The position numbers and the translations under genes were made by a program. From positions 29,202,001-29,266,000 of the forward strand of contig OX597819.1 of assembly GCA_951406725.2 (NCBI GenBank): 64,000 nt of DNA, read 5' to 3'. Shown in pieces: positions 14,291-25,280 of the stretch; position 1 is the stretch's first letter; every line of letters begins with the position of its first letter. This stretch comes from Octopus vulgaris. Taxonomy: Eukaryota. The notes under the pieces are model-generated. The model was not told the origin of the DNA. It did not search any database and worked only from the letters and a program-made list of their open reading frames with translations.

Positions 14291-14556
14291 TTTCATGTCT
14301 ATTCTCAACAATGGTCATAAATATTGAGTAATGACTGAAACAGTACACACACACACACACACATGCATGCTAAAATACGAGATGTTATCATTGATCAACA
14401 AGGTTGATTCATTACAAATAGCATCTGTTGCATGCATATACATATTCATGTACATACTTGTACACCCACACACACACCTACACACATATATATATGCATA
14501 TGCACATGTGTGCGTATATGTGTGTTTGTATGTGCATGTTTGTGTATTTATAGGTA

Positions 14557-15690
14557 CTAGCTGGACCTGTGAAAAATTCACGGAAAACATTAAAAATGTA
14601 AGCATCTGTAAACAGTATACTGGTGTGATGAGAAATGTTTTTATATTATGACCGACTGTCTTTAAGTTCTGAGTTCAAATTCTGCCGAAGTCAACTTTGC
14701 TTTTCATCCTTTGGGGCTCAATAAATTAAGTACCAGTTGTGTACTGCGGTCGATCTAATCAACTGGCCTCTTCCCCACAAAAATTTCAGGCCTAGAAAAG
14801 TATATTGTGGCAGTTACAGAATATAGAAAGTAATGTAACACCAATGACTATATAATCCAATCAAAATATCTCAGTTACACAAACGTAAACGGAATTATGA
14901 AAATACTTCTGCCCCTACCCATTTTCTCCCAAATTTGTTAATTCAAAAATTTTTTTTGGATACGGAGGTTCTGGAAAATTGCCAAAAATTGGCATTTTTA
15001 AATCACCCACCCCTATTCTTCAATTTTGACATAACCCTAACCCCTAAAATCCTAACCCTAACCATAACTACAGAAATGTTTTCAAATTTTTGTCCAAATC
15101 ATAATGTACTTATTTTTCTGCATATTCAGAAAAAAAAAAATTTTACAAAAATTTTTTGAAAATTTTTTCAGAATCATAATTTCCATATTTTTCTGCATAT
15201 TTTGAAAAAAAAAATTTCTGAAGAAAGTTAAAGATGAAGGGAATGGGGTGGGGTGGTAATTTAAAAATGCTGATTTTTGCAAATTTTTTTGCAGACTTGT
15301 ATTCCCTGTAGCAAGGGCAGCGAGCTGGCAGAAACGTTAGCATGCCAGGCGAAATGCTCAGCGGTATTTCGTCTGCTGCTACGTTCAGAGTTCAAATTCT
15401 GTCGAGGACGACTTTGCCTTTCATATCCTTTCGGGGTTGATTAAATAAGTACCAGTTACGCACTGGGGTTGATATAATTGACTTAATCTGTTTGTCTGTC
15501 CTTGTTTGTCCCCTCTGTGTTTAGCCCCTTACTGTAAAGTGGGGTTTGTGTTGAAAAAAAATTTAAGAAAAGGGTGGGTTTTTTGGAGGTGGGGCGCGAA
15601 CAGAAGTCTTGCCAGAATTAACTATTTAACCTTAAAATATATCGAACATATTCAAAGAAGCTTCTTGGTTTAGTGGTACAGAACGTTTTC
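14557..15690 (-). mobile_element. Probable non-autonomous Helitron with CCCTAA tract and two nested family A SINEs (~14655-14800, 15316-15530)
   Basis: A|CTAG plus hairpin CTGTGAAAAATTCACGG at the left end. Internal inverted repeat ~14977-15013/15245-15290. Right boundary uncertain. Confidence 0.45.
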
Positions 15691-15922
15691 CTGATATTCT
15701 TTTATTCTTTTACTTGTTTCAGCCATTTGATGGTGGCCATGCTAGAGCACCACCTTTATTCGAAAAACTTGACTCCTGGACTTATTCCCTGTAAACTTGG
15801 TGCTTATTTTGTCAGTCTCTTCTGCTGAACAGCTAAATTACAGGGATGCAAACGCGCCAACATCGGTTGTCAAGCAATGTTGGTGGTGGGACAAACACAA
15901 ACGCATACATACATACATACAT

Positions 15923-15968
<46 letters not shown>

Positions 15969-16249
15969 ATATATATAACAGGCTTAGAGGTAGTGGTGAT
16001 GCTGGCTGGTGCGATTTTGTGATTTGTTGGTATACGGAGAGAGATCATCGTACAAACAAATACAGACAAACATACACATACATGCACAAACATACACAAA
16101 CACATACCTAGAGAGTGAGGCAGACAGACAGTAAGTGTCTCTCTCTCTCTCTCTCTTTCTTCCTTCCTATCTGTTGCTTTGCCACTGGCTCCCTCTTTTT
16201 CTCAACCTCATGGTTAATAAAGAAATTGACTGAAATTGTTTTAGTTGTC

Positions 16250-16660
16250 GGATCTTTTCGGTTTGAACGGCAGTTTTTTCTAGTGGTGTCATATGAAATT
16301 GTCATCCATAATTATGACCCTAGAATCGATCTATTGCATTTCAATCTATTTTAGGGTTAGGGGTGGGGGGAAGGGTATCTTTTTTCTTCACAAATGTAAA
16401 TAAACCCAATTTGTTTCTTAAACGAGGGACATATTCATACGCCACAAAATGTTTTTTTACCTCAATAGACGTCAGTGATTGGTTGAAATTGCAGAAACTG
16501 AAGAAAAACAACAACAAATATCTTACAAACTATAGAATTTTCTCAATAAAGCCAAGAGAAAAAGATGTTTTATAAACACATTCTACCAGTAAACGAAGTT
16601 TAAAATTTTTTAGTTACCTAGAAATTATGTTAAAAACTGCCGTTCAAACCGAAAAGATGC
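16250..16660. mobile_element. MITE with ~29-bp TIRs and 8-bp TSD
   Basis: TIR GGATCTTTTCGGTTTGAACGGCAGTTTTT / AAAAACTGCCGTTCAAACCGAAAAGATGC. TSD TAGTTGTC at 16242-16249 and 16661-16668. Confidence 0.92.
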
Positions 16661-17357
16661 TAGTTGTCTTCAAAAAGCAAAATTGACATCCAATATTTGC
16701 TGTGTGTATCTACTGTCCTTCTCACTCTCTCTTTCTCTTTCACTTCCTTTGTGTCCCTCTTCTCTCCCGCTTTTGATTTAAGAATGTGTATATCTATCTA
16801 TGTATCTACTTCACTTGCGATGAACGCCGGCACCACTCTCTCTCTTTCTTTCTCTCTGTCCTCCTCTCTCTCGCTCTGCCACTTCTTTGAAGTGTGACAC
16901 ACAACACAGGTACATACAAAAACAAAAGTTAGTGTATTAATATTATAGATACATACACAAATACATAAACAAGCTCACACACACATCATGTATTTGTATG
17001 TTTATATTGTGTATGTGTGCGTATATATATACACACGCAAAAATATATAAACATGCACACTCATATATGTATTTATATATGTTTATATATACATGCACAC
17101 ACACATCCGTTATAAGATATATATCTTTGATATGGACTGGATACATCGTTAATGATATTCCTAATGTCATTTGGCCATTTGAACCTTTCAATATCAAATT
17201 CCTTTGTAAAGTCAACCCATTTAAGCTTGATCAAGTTTCAGCTTGCACCCGGGTAGCAACAAGCGATCATTGGCTTATGTCTTTATTGAAAGCCACTTGA
17301 TAGCTTTAGTACCCTCACTCTCCTCATTGCATTTGTAATTCAAAGCCCTGTTAGAGA

Positions 17358-17747
17358 TTTGAACGGCAGTTTTTAACAATTTCTAGGTAACTAAAAAATT
17401 TTAAACTTCGTATACTGGTAGAATGTGATTATAAAATATCTTTTTCTCTTGGCTTTATTCAGAAAATTCTATAGTTTGTAAGATATTTGTTGTTTTTTTC
17501 TTCAATTTCTGCCATTTCAACCAATCACTGACGTCTATTGAAGTAAAAAACATTCTGTGCCGTATGAATATGTCCCTCGTTTAAGAAACAGATTAGGTTT
17601 ATTTACATTTGGGAAGAAAAAAAGATACCCTTCCCCCTAACCCTAAAAAAGATTGAAATGCAATAGATCGATACTAGGGTCATAATTATGGGTGACAATT
17701 TCATTTGACACCGCTAGAAAAAAATACCGTTCAAACCGAAAAGATCC
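17358..17747. mobile_element. Second, inverted copy of the 16250 MITE with one TIR truncated
   Basis: Reverse complement of 16250-16650 along its length. Confidence 0.9.
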
Positions 17748-17749
17748 AC

Positions 17750-18390
17750 AAAAGATTCACAGCAAGCATTGTCAATTTGCCCACAGTAAACCCACAGTAT
17801 CAATTTTTGCCCTGCTCTACCAGATCCTGGTACTTGGTGAGCTTTTTTGCATGTGTCTCCTCCATGTGTTCTCATTTAATTACATACTTGGTGGAATCTG
17901 ACATGGTCAAATATAGGCAGGCTATTTATATGATTGTGATCAGGAAACTTTATTTGCTTACTAAGATCCACTCTCAGCTGCCAGTCAGGGGTTGTAAATG
18001 TAGGCCACAGTCTTATCAGTTGCTATGGACATATCTTCTCTCCAGCTTTGAGCAAAATGATGATTACTTTGTTGGGGTAGTGTTTACTTGACTGAACAGC
18101 CATAGTGACACTTCTGTAACTAACTTGATCCCCTCATCATGGCATCAGCAGTGGCAGTCATCAACAAGGTTTAGGGGTAGTGACTGGGGAAGTGTTGAAG
18201 GAACAGTCTTCCAGCACACAGAATGAAGAGGAAGGTGCTTCACTCTTGCCTCCTAGGTGGTTTGTCTTGCTTGGTTAGGCATCACAGACAGCTAGGATCA
18301 GGTATCTGGTGCAATAAATGATAGCCTGCAAGAAATTTAACCAGGTGACCTTCAGCAGTGTTATGTTTTCTCTTCTTGTCCAGGCTTCTT
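17750..18390 (-). mobile_element. Decayed RLE-type LINE C-terminus (Hero/NeSL/R2-like)
   Basis: Minus-strand peptides DWQLRVDLSKQIKFPDH and MEETHAKKLTKYQDLVEQ resemble the restriction-like endonuclease region. Confidence 0.6.
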
Positions 18391-19021
18391 GTTGACAGAG
18401 TCCTATCCTCTTGCTAAATATATACTACCTTTATGCCTTTTGAAGAAGTTGCTTTTTGAAGAAGTTGCTGTTCCTTTCTTTTGGCTTTACCAATCTGACA
18501 GTAGTCTAAACTTGAGTAATTTTTTTTTATCAGTACCCCAACAAGAACCTTTACCTGTTGTCACAATCATTCCTTTACCATCTGTATATTTAAAACTTTA
18601 GTTTCAAGATTTTGTCCTTGATTACAATAACCATTAACAAGGTTGATTCTTTACAAGCAGCATCTGCTGAGTAAAAATACGTCTTGAGTAATATACTACT
18701 TTAATTACATAAGGTGGCAGTTGTGATAATTAAACCAAGAAACCATTGTTATTTCTCAAGATATACCTGACAAAGTAATTACTATTTAATTGTAAAATAC
18801 AAAGTGTGAAATATACAGACAGGTATTATTAATTGACAGCATTTAATAGCTCTGAAATGTTTTCAGTAGTATATAATGTGCAAAAGGATTGTGAATTGGT
18901 GATAACTGCAGGGTCAGACAAATTCCGACCTTCTGCTGTTTCTTTTAGTCATTTTTCATTGCACTAGAAGTTTAAATCCTGCAGTCAATAAAGTCTATAT
19001 AAACACACACACATATGTGCA

Positions 19022-19059
<38 letters not shown>

Positions 19060-19060
<1 letters not shown>

Positions 19061-19810
19061 AAAAAATGAAGTTCGAAAATGCTGCTGTATTATATGATTT
19101 TTAATTTTTATATATACATTATAACATGTTTCAGTTCCTGAAATGAACCTTATCAAAAAAAGTTATATATAAAAAAAGACAGCTCATGCCGTCAAACACA
19201 AGAAATTCATTTATAATACACAACGGAGTCAGACATCTTAGAGTTCATGTATAGTTGATATATAGTTTGAAGTAAGTTCATTCATGCTATATGTTCAAAG
19301 TGTTCGATGCAGTGGCCCACGGTGGCGATACGTATTCAATACAAAAAACAGATCAAAGTGGTGGAAAGCAGTCAATACAGAAGATTGATGTTTCCGAAAG
19401 AGCGAGGAATTCATTTTTACCTTAAGCAATTGTGATGACCCATGGTGGATGTTCGCTGGGTGGTTCTAGTGAGTTTTGTGAAGTGCTCGGTTTTATAATG
19501 CCTGTTAGGTGGTCAATCCAGCGTAGCGTGACGTCATCAACGTTTTGACCAATCGTTTCGTTAGGTGGCTTTAGTCAAGCAGAACGGGACGTCATCATCA
19601 TTTTGACCAATCGCTGCATTACAACTGCCTCTTGTTTGTTTCCTGTTTTGACCAGTCGCTTCGTTAGTCAAGCAGAACGGGACGTCATCCAGATTCTGCC
19701 CAATCACGACTTATAGCTACATTAGATCTGCCCCCTGTCTGTACTTGTTAGGTGACTAGTCAAGCAGAACAGGACGTCATCAATATTCTGACTAATGACT
19801 GTCCCCTGTT
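19060..19810 (-). mobile_element. TA-flanked element with CRE/CCAAT repeats, TATA box and degenerate hammerhead
   Basis: Four GACGTCAT...C(C/T)AAT units, minus-strand TATAAAA at 19491-19497, and degenerate TTGATAA GGTTC..GAACT GAAACATGTT at ~19120-19160. Confidence 0.5.
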
Positions 19811-19879
19811 TGTATTTTTTTTTTTTTTTGTACTTGTTTCAGTCATTTTGACTGCGGCCATGCTGAGCACCGCCTTTTA

Positions 19880-20043
19880 GAGTGGTGAAAGAGTACAGCA
19901 GGGATCACCACCTCCTGCCGGAGCCTCGTGGAGCTTTTAGGTGTTTTTCGCTCAATAAACACACACAACGCCCGGTCTGGGAATCGAAACCGCGATCCTC
20001 CGACCGCAAGTCCGCTGCCCTAACCACTAGGCCATTGCGCCTC

Positions 20044-20045
<2 letters not shown>
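19880..20045 (-). mobile_element. tRNA-derived SINE family D, 5' part
   Basis: Near-identical to 43625-43781. Confidence 0.85.
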
Positions 20046-20096
<51 letters not shown>

Positions 20097-20101
<5 letters not shown>

Positions 20102-20466
20102 TATTGTAGTTCGCTTGAAGCACTGTGCATTGTTTGTAAAGAATAAAAAGTTTTGAATGGTACAACAATGCACTATAATACAAACAATGAGCTATATACC
20201 TGTTGTAATTTAGTCAGCCATAGTCTGATATGATATTTCGGAATAAAATTCCTTCTTCAGATATTTTTAGATAGAATCACTGCTATAATAAAGAAGAAAA
20301 GCCGTTGGAAAACTGATTAGAGCAGCGACTCCATCTAAGAATATCTGAAGAAGGAATTTTATTCCAAAATATCATATCAGACTATGGATGACTAAATTAC
20401 AACAAGTATATAGCCCATTGTTTGTATTATAATGCATTGTTGTGTCATTCAAAACTTTTTATTCTT
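20097..20466. mobile_element. Asymmetric palindromic element with hammerhead-like motif in each arm
   Basis: Arms 20139-20284 and 20321-20466. Motif CTGAAGA AGGAAT-ttt-ATTCC GAAA TATCATA TC is intact on the minus strand (20225-20264) and has GAAA changed to AAAA on the plus strand. (TA)n flanks. Confidence 0.75.
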
Positions 20467-20492
20467 CATACATATATATATATATATATATA

Positions 20493-20534
<42 letters not shown>

Positions 20535-20537
<3 letters not shown>

Positions 20538-20715
20538 TCATCATCATTTAAATCCGTTGTCCATGCTGGCATGGGTTGGACGGTTCAACTGGGGTCTGGG
20601 AAGCCAGAAGGCTGCACCAGGCCCAGTCTGATCTGGCAGTGTTTCTACAGCTGGATGCCCTTCCTAACGCCAACCACTCCGTGAGTGTAGTGGGTGGTTT
20701 TTATGTGCCACCGGC
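20535..20715 (-). mobile_element. RTE-tailed SINE-like element (family C), truncated
   Basis: Minus-strand tail CCAACCCATGCCAGCATGG...AAATGATGATG. Other copies at 23220, 23963, 37405, 40690, 45575, 54298. Confidence 0.8.
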
Positions 20716-20894
20716 ATATATGTATATATATATATATATGTATATATGTATATATGTATGTATATATGTATGTATATATGTATGTATATATGTATGTATA
20801 TATGTATATATGTATATATGTATGTATGTATATATGTATGTATATATGTATGTATGTATATGTATGTATATATGTATGTATATATGTATATATG

Positions 20895-20939
<45 letters not shown>

Positions 20940-20948
20940 GTATGTATG

Positions 20949-20981
<33 letters not shown>

Positions 20982-21140
20982 ATATATATATGTATATATA
21001 TGTATGTATGTATATATATATATATGTATATATATGTATGTATGTATATATATATATATATGTATATATATGTATGTATGTATATATATATATGTATATA
21101 TATGTATGTATGTATATATATATATGTATATATATGTATG

Positions 21141-21197
<57 letters not shown>
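20716..21197. repeat. (TATG)n/(TA)n microsatellite
   Basis: Directly visible. Confidence 0.95.
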
Positions 21198-21204
<7 letters not shown>

Positions 21205-21559
21205 AAACCAGCTTAGAGAAGAAGAAACGAAACGAAACGAATCGATGCGAAGGTGCTCAGTCATACAATAGTGTAATAAATAAAATATATGCATACATAC
21301 AAACATATATGTACGTACCTACATCTACATGTATATATACATGCATATATAAATATATATACGTGTGTACAGGACACCACAAATAGACATAGAGCTCAAC
21401 GAGAAATGAAAACGTAAAATCAGCATGGAACGGACCATTTTTTTAACAACGAAAAAACAGAGTACAAGACACCTACACAAGGAAAAATCCCCTTCATCAG
21501 CTGTCCCTAGTTCAACTCCAGCGTGTTTCGAAGGTGAGGACATATATATATATAAAGCA

Positions 21560-21980
21560 TGTCCCTAGGAGATGGTCACTGATGTAAAACCAGATATGCA
21601 TGGACTGACATTGAACATTTGAGGGATATTTTGCTTGTGCTGCAGATCATGGCATTCCCACATTCCTGAGCCTGTGACCCATATTGACACTGGATATTTG
21701 GCCCTGGCTTGTCTCTGGATTATGTCAGTAGAGTGGAGAGGGTCTGTGAAGTGCTGTGCAAGCCTTATTGGACCTAAAATTTTAGGTCGTGCAATTGCTG
21801 AGGTAACTAACAAATGCATAGACAAGTTGGAGGGAGTCACAGATGTGGACCCAAGTGAAGCCAATTGCTGGTGCAACAACCAATAGCCTCATGTATGGGC
21901 ATTGCTGACATTTTGCATGGACAATAGTCAGTGATGATCCTCTTCAGTTACAAGTGGACAACCATCATGATGATGATGAT
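21560..21980 (+). mobile_element. Probable RTE-tailed element
   Basis: Ends in GATGATCCTCTTCAGTTACAAGTGGACAACCATCA(TGA)n, an RTE-like 3' tail. Confidence 0.4.
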
Positions 21981-21982
21981 GA

Positions 21983-21984
21983 CC

Positions 21985-22017
<33 letters not shown>

Positions 22018-22407
22018 AATTGGACATGGGCAATTGTTGTATTCTTTCTTGTCTTGAGGTTCACAGCCAAATGGCTGGGTGGATTCGCATGAAAAATGGC
22101 ATACATGTGGAGACGGGTGCATACATTGGAATGCTGTTTGTATTTTTTCCTAGCACCTATACTTACCGAGAAAATCGATTAAAACTTTTTCTAATGGAAT
22201 TCTCCTCTTTCTTCCGCAATTAAAACAACCAGTTGCTTAGAAGCAGTTTTCTGACGGGGTGGGGTCAAGAAATTTTCATACAGCTGGAGGCTCCAATCGA
22301 AACAGGAGACTCAAGGTTGAGAAACGGTGTTATAGATTATGCCTAACCAAAAACGATCACAACCACATCATCGAAACAGACCGGGTGAAACCGGGCTTAG
22401 CTGCTAG
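21983..22407 (+). mobile_element. Non-autonomous Helitron
   Basis: 3' hairpin CCGGGTGAAACCGG followed by CTGCTAG|T; 5' TATAATATAAA-type start. Confidence 0.65.
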
Positions 22408-22475
22408 TATATATATAATGTACTATTTCATAATGGTAAAAATCAACAAAAAAAAGAACTGTATCTGGTGAGAAA

Positions 22476-23200
22476 TATATATTATTTAATAGACACAATA
22501 TATGTTATGTACTATTAATGGTTTCATATATTGAGAAATACCTATTTCTTTACTACTCACAAGGGGCTAAACACAGAGAGGACAAACAAGGACAGACAAA
22601 CGGATTAAGTCGATTATATTGACCCCAGTGTGTAACTGGGACTTATTTAATCGACCCCAAAAGGATGAAAGGCAAAGATGACCTTGGCGGAATTTGAACT
22701 CAGAACATAGCGACGGGCGAAATACCGTTAAGCATTTCGTCCAGCACGCTAACGATTCTGCCAGTGCGCATTCATCAGGCATGAACCACATATCATAATG
22801 AACTAAAAATTGAATGAGAGAAGAAACGCAAACAGTTGAGAAGGAAGCATATAGAAAACATGGAGGTTAAAAAATGGAAAACAGAAAGCGAAGAAAAATT
22901 AGAAAGTGAAAAAGGTAAAAGAGTTATCTTTCTTAGACCTTAAATATTATAAGGCTGGCAAGATATGAAAAAGTTAATCAGGTATAGGCAGAATTTTTAC
23001 TTTCTCATTTTCTATTTTTTTAATCTTTCATGTTTTTGTACATGCTTCCTTCTCAGCTGTTTGCGTTCTTCTCTCATTCACTTTTTAGTTTGATATGACA
23101 AGTGGTTCATGCCTGATGAATGTTTGAGGTAGTTCTCAACATATGAAACCATTGGTAGCATGTAAAAACATTTACTGTGTCTATTAAATGAGATATATAT
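22476..23200. mobile_element. Diverged palindromic element with hammerhead; left arm interrupted by a family A SINE (22539-22764)
   Basis: 22476-22540 plus 22768-22888 is the inverse of ~23000-23200. Confidence 0.8.
23108..23162 (+). ncRNA. Type I hammerhead ribozyme
   Basis: catgc CTGATGA atgtttgag-gtagtt-ctcaacatat GAAA CCATTGG TA gcatg. 5-bp stem I, intact core, GUA triplet. Confidence 0.8.
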
Positions 23201-23219
23201 ATATATCATTTAATGTATA

Positions 23220-23716
23220 TCATCATCATCGTTTAACGTCCGCTTTTCCATGCTAGCATGGGTTGGACGATTTGACTGAGGTCTGGTGTGCCAGATTGCT
23301 GCACCAGACTCCAATCTGACCAGGCAGAGTTTCTACAGCTGGATGCCCTTCCTAATGCCAACCACTCTGAGAGTGTAGTGGGTACTTTTAAGTGCCACCA
23401 GCATGAGGGCCAGTCAAGTGGTACTGGCAACAGCCATGCTCGAAATGGTGTTTTTTACATGCCACCTGCACAAGAGTCAGTCAAGCAGCACAGGCAATGA
23501 CCTCGCTCGAATGTTTTGTTCCCGTGCCAGTAAGGCGACGCTAGTAACGATCACTCTCAAATGATGCTTTTTACATGCTCACCAGCGGAGAAGCCAGACA
23601 GTTGCTTTGGCAGTGATCCTGCTCGGATCGAGCTGTTAGCGCTCCACTGGCATAGGTGCCAATCATCGAATTTGGTTCAATTTCGATTTCACTTGCTCCA
23701 ACAGGTCTTCGCAAGC
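23220..23716 (-). mobile_element. Family C SINE-like element with internal ~55-60-bp repeats
   Basis: Collinear with 37405-37918; repeated TTTTAC.TGCCACC.GCA..AG.CAGT units. Confidence 0.85.
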
Positions 23717-23746
23717 AAAGATATATATATAAATATATATATATAT

Positions 23747-23956
23747 ACCGGAGTAAACACATAAATGTGAAACAAGGTGGAAAAAAGAGTACTCAAATAC
23801 CAGTGGTAGAGTAATATGCTTTATTTAAAGTAGCAGAAAATTCAACAAAACCTGTTACTCTGAGTTTCTCGTTGCCGTTCATCAGACGATGAACAGCAAG
23901 GGGAAACTCAGAGTAACAGGTTTTGTTGAATTTTCTGCTGCTTTAAATAAAGTATA
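23747..23956. mobile_element. Asymmetric palindromic element folded back at a hammerhead core
   Basis: Arms 23815-23883 and 23888-23956. Minus strand reads gt CTGATGA acg-gcaa-cga GAAA CTCAGAG TA acag. TA flanks. Confidence 0.8.
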
Positions 23957-24479
23957 TATACATATCATCATCATCATCGTTTAATGTCCGTTTTCCATGC
24001 TAGCATGGGTTGGATGGTTCAACTGGGGTCTGGGAAGCCAGAAGGCTGCGCCAGGCCCAGTCTGATCTGACAGTGTTTCTACAGCTTGATGCCCTTCCTA
24101 ACGCCAACCACTCCGAGAGTGTAGTGGGTGCTTTTTATGTGCCACCTGTGCATACATACATACACACACTTTTACACACCATTCTATCTACCTATCTGTC
24201 CATCTGTCTATATTCTTTTATTCCCACACATATTTAAGTACATTTCCCTCAAAGCACCACTTGAGTAGTACTGCTAGACAAAGTTTTGCTAATCCCAATT
24301 AGTCCAGATGACATTTCTTTGCCTCTTTGTTTAGTGGATATCAATTAGGTGATGACATTTTAGCTTTGATAACAAAATTTAAAGTAATCTCTCTTTCTCA
24401 ACACAAATTATAGCAAGTTTTATCGTCATTACTTCTAATGGCTTTCCTATCATTGCTTCACTTTCAGATGATCCATTAA

Positions 24480-24727
24480 TCCATCTTCTCCATCTACTAT
24501 TCCTGGGAGGGTCATGGGGACAGAGTCCTCAGTCACTTCTTCCACAGGGTTCTAGCTGAAGAAACTGTCTCAAGTTTGGCTAACTGAGACCATGGATGTA
24601 ATGCTGCCCACTCATCCTTGGTCTACTCCTAGGCCTATTGCCATTTGGTTTTGCTTGAAGAATCTATCTTGCAATTCTATTTTGCAGCATTCTAATCACA
24701 TGTCCATAGTACTGGAACTGTGACCTA
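24480..24727 (-). mobile_element. RTE LINE 3' fragment
   Basis: Minus-strand RSQFQYYGHVIRMLQNRIAR*ILQAKPNGNRPRSRPR. Confidence 0.75.
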
Positions 24728-24739
24728 TCAAGAGTTATA

Positions 24740-25280
24740 CACCCTGTTGAGTAACATTACTTTCAGACGATGCCAAGGAATGTATAATTTTCCTTGAACT
24801 TTCATTCACACATTCCAATTATTTTAATCATTTTACACAGAAAGGTTGAGAAAACAACATTGGAGACAATAAATTATCCCAATTGTCCGATTTGTTTGAC
24901 TTTTGCAGCATTTGTCTTTGTCTCTCAACCAAGTTGTTTCAGGAATGTAAGATGATATAAATTCTCAATAATATCATAAGCTTAAATGAACTTTTACTGA
25001 AAAGGAGTTCATTGCAACTGAAGACTAGCTTCACACTGACCACGTCTTTCACCTGTTGATTAAACATTTCTGCTACTGACCAAAACTTTCTATTATTAAC
25101 TGACTTGTTATGTTAGTTGTTCAATTTTTTTTCAAACACTAGACATCTCAATCGACTAACTTTGGAAGAATTCAGCTACTCGGGAGAACAAAATGTAGCT
25201 ATGTGGAAGTAATGTAACGGCTTTCTGAACTCTGGTCAAGGGTTAGTGTTTAGCTGTGACATATGACAAACATGCCTTCA
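24740..25280 (+). mobile_element. Highly decayed LINE reverse-transcriptase remnant (CR1/L2-like)
   Basis: LLSDDAK (resembles LFADDAK) and LNRLTLEE motifs only. Confidence 0.35.

Noticed and set aside
15033-15070. Telomere
   Set aside because: Only a few degenerate CCCTAA units inside a transposon-like element.
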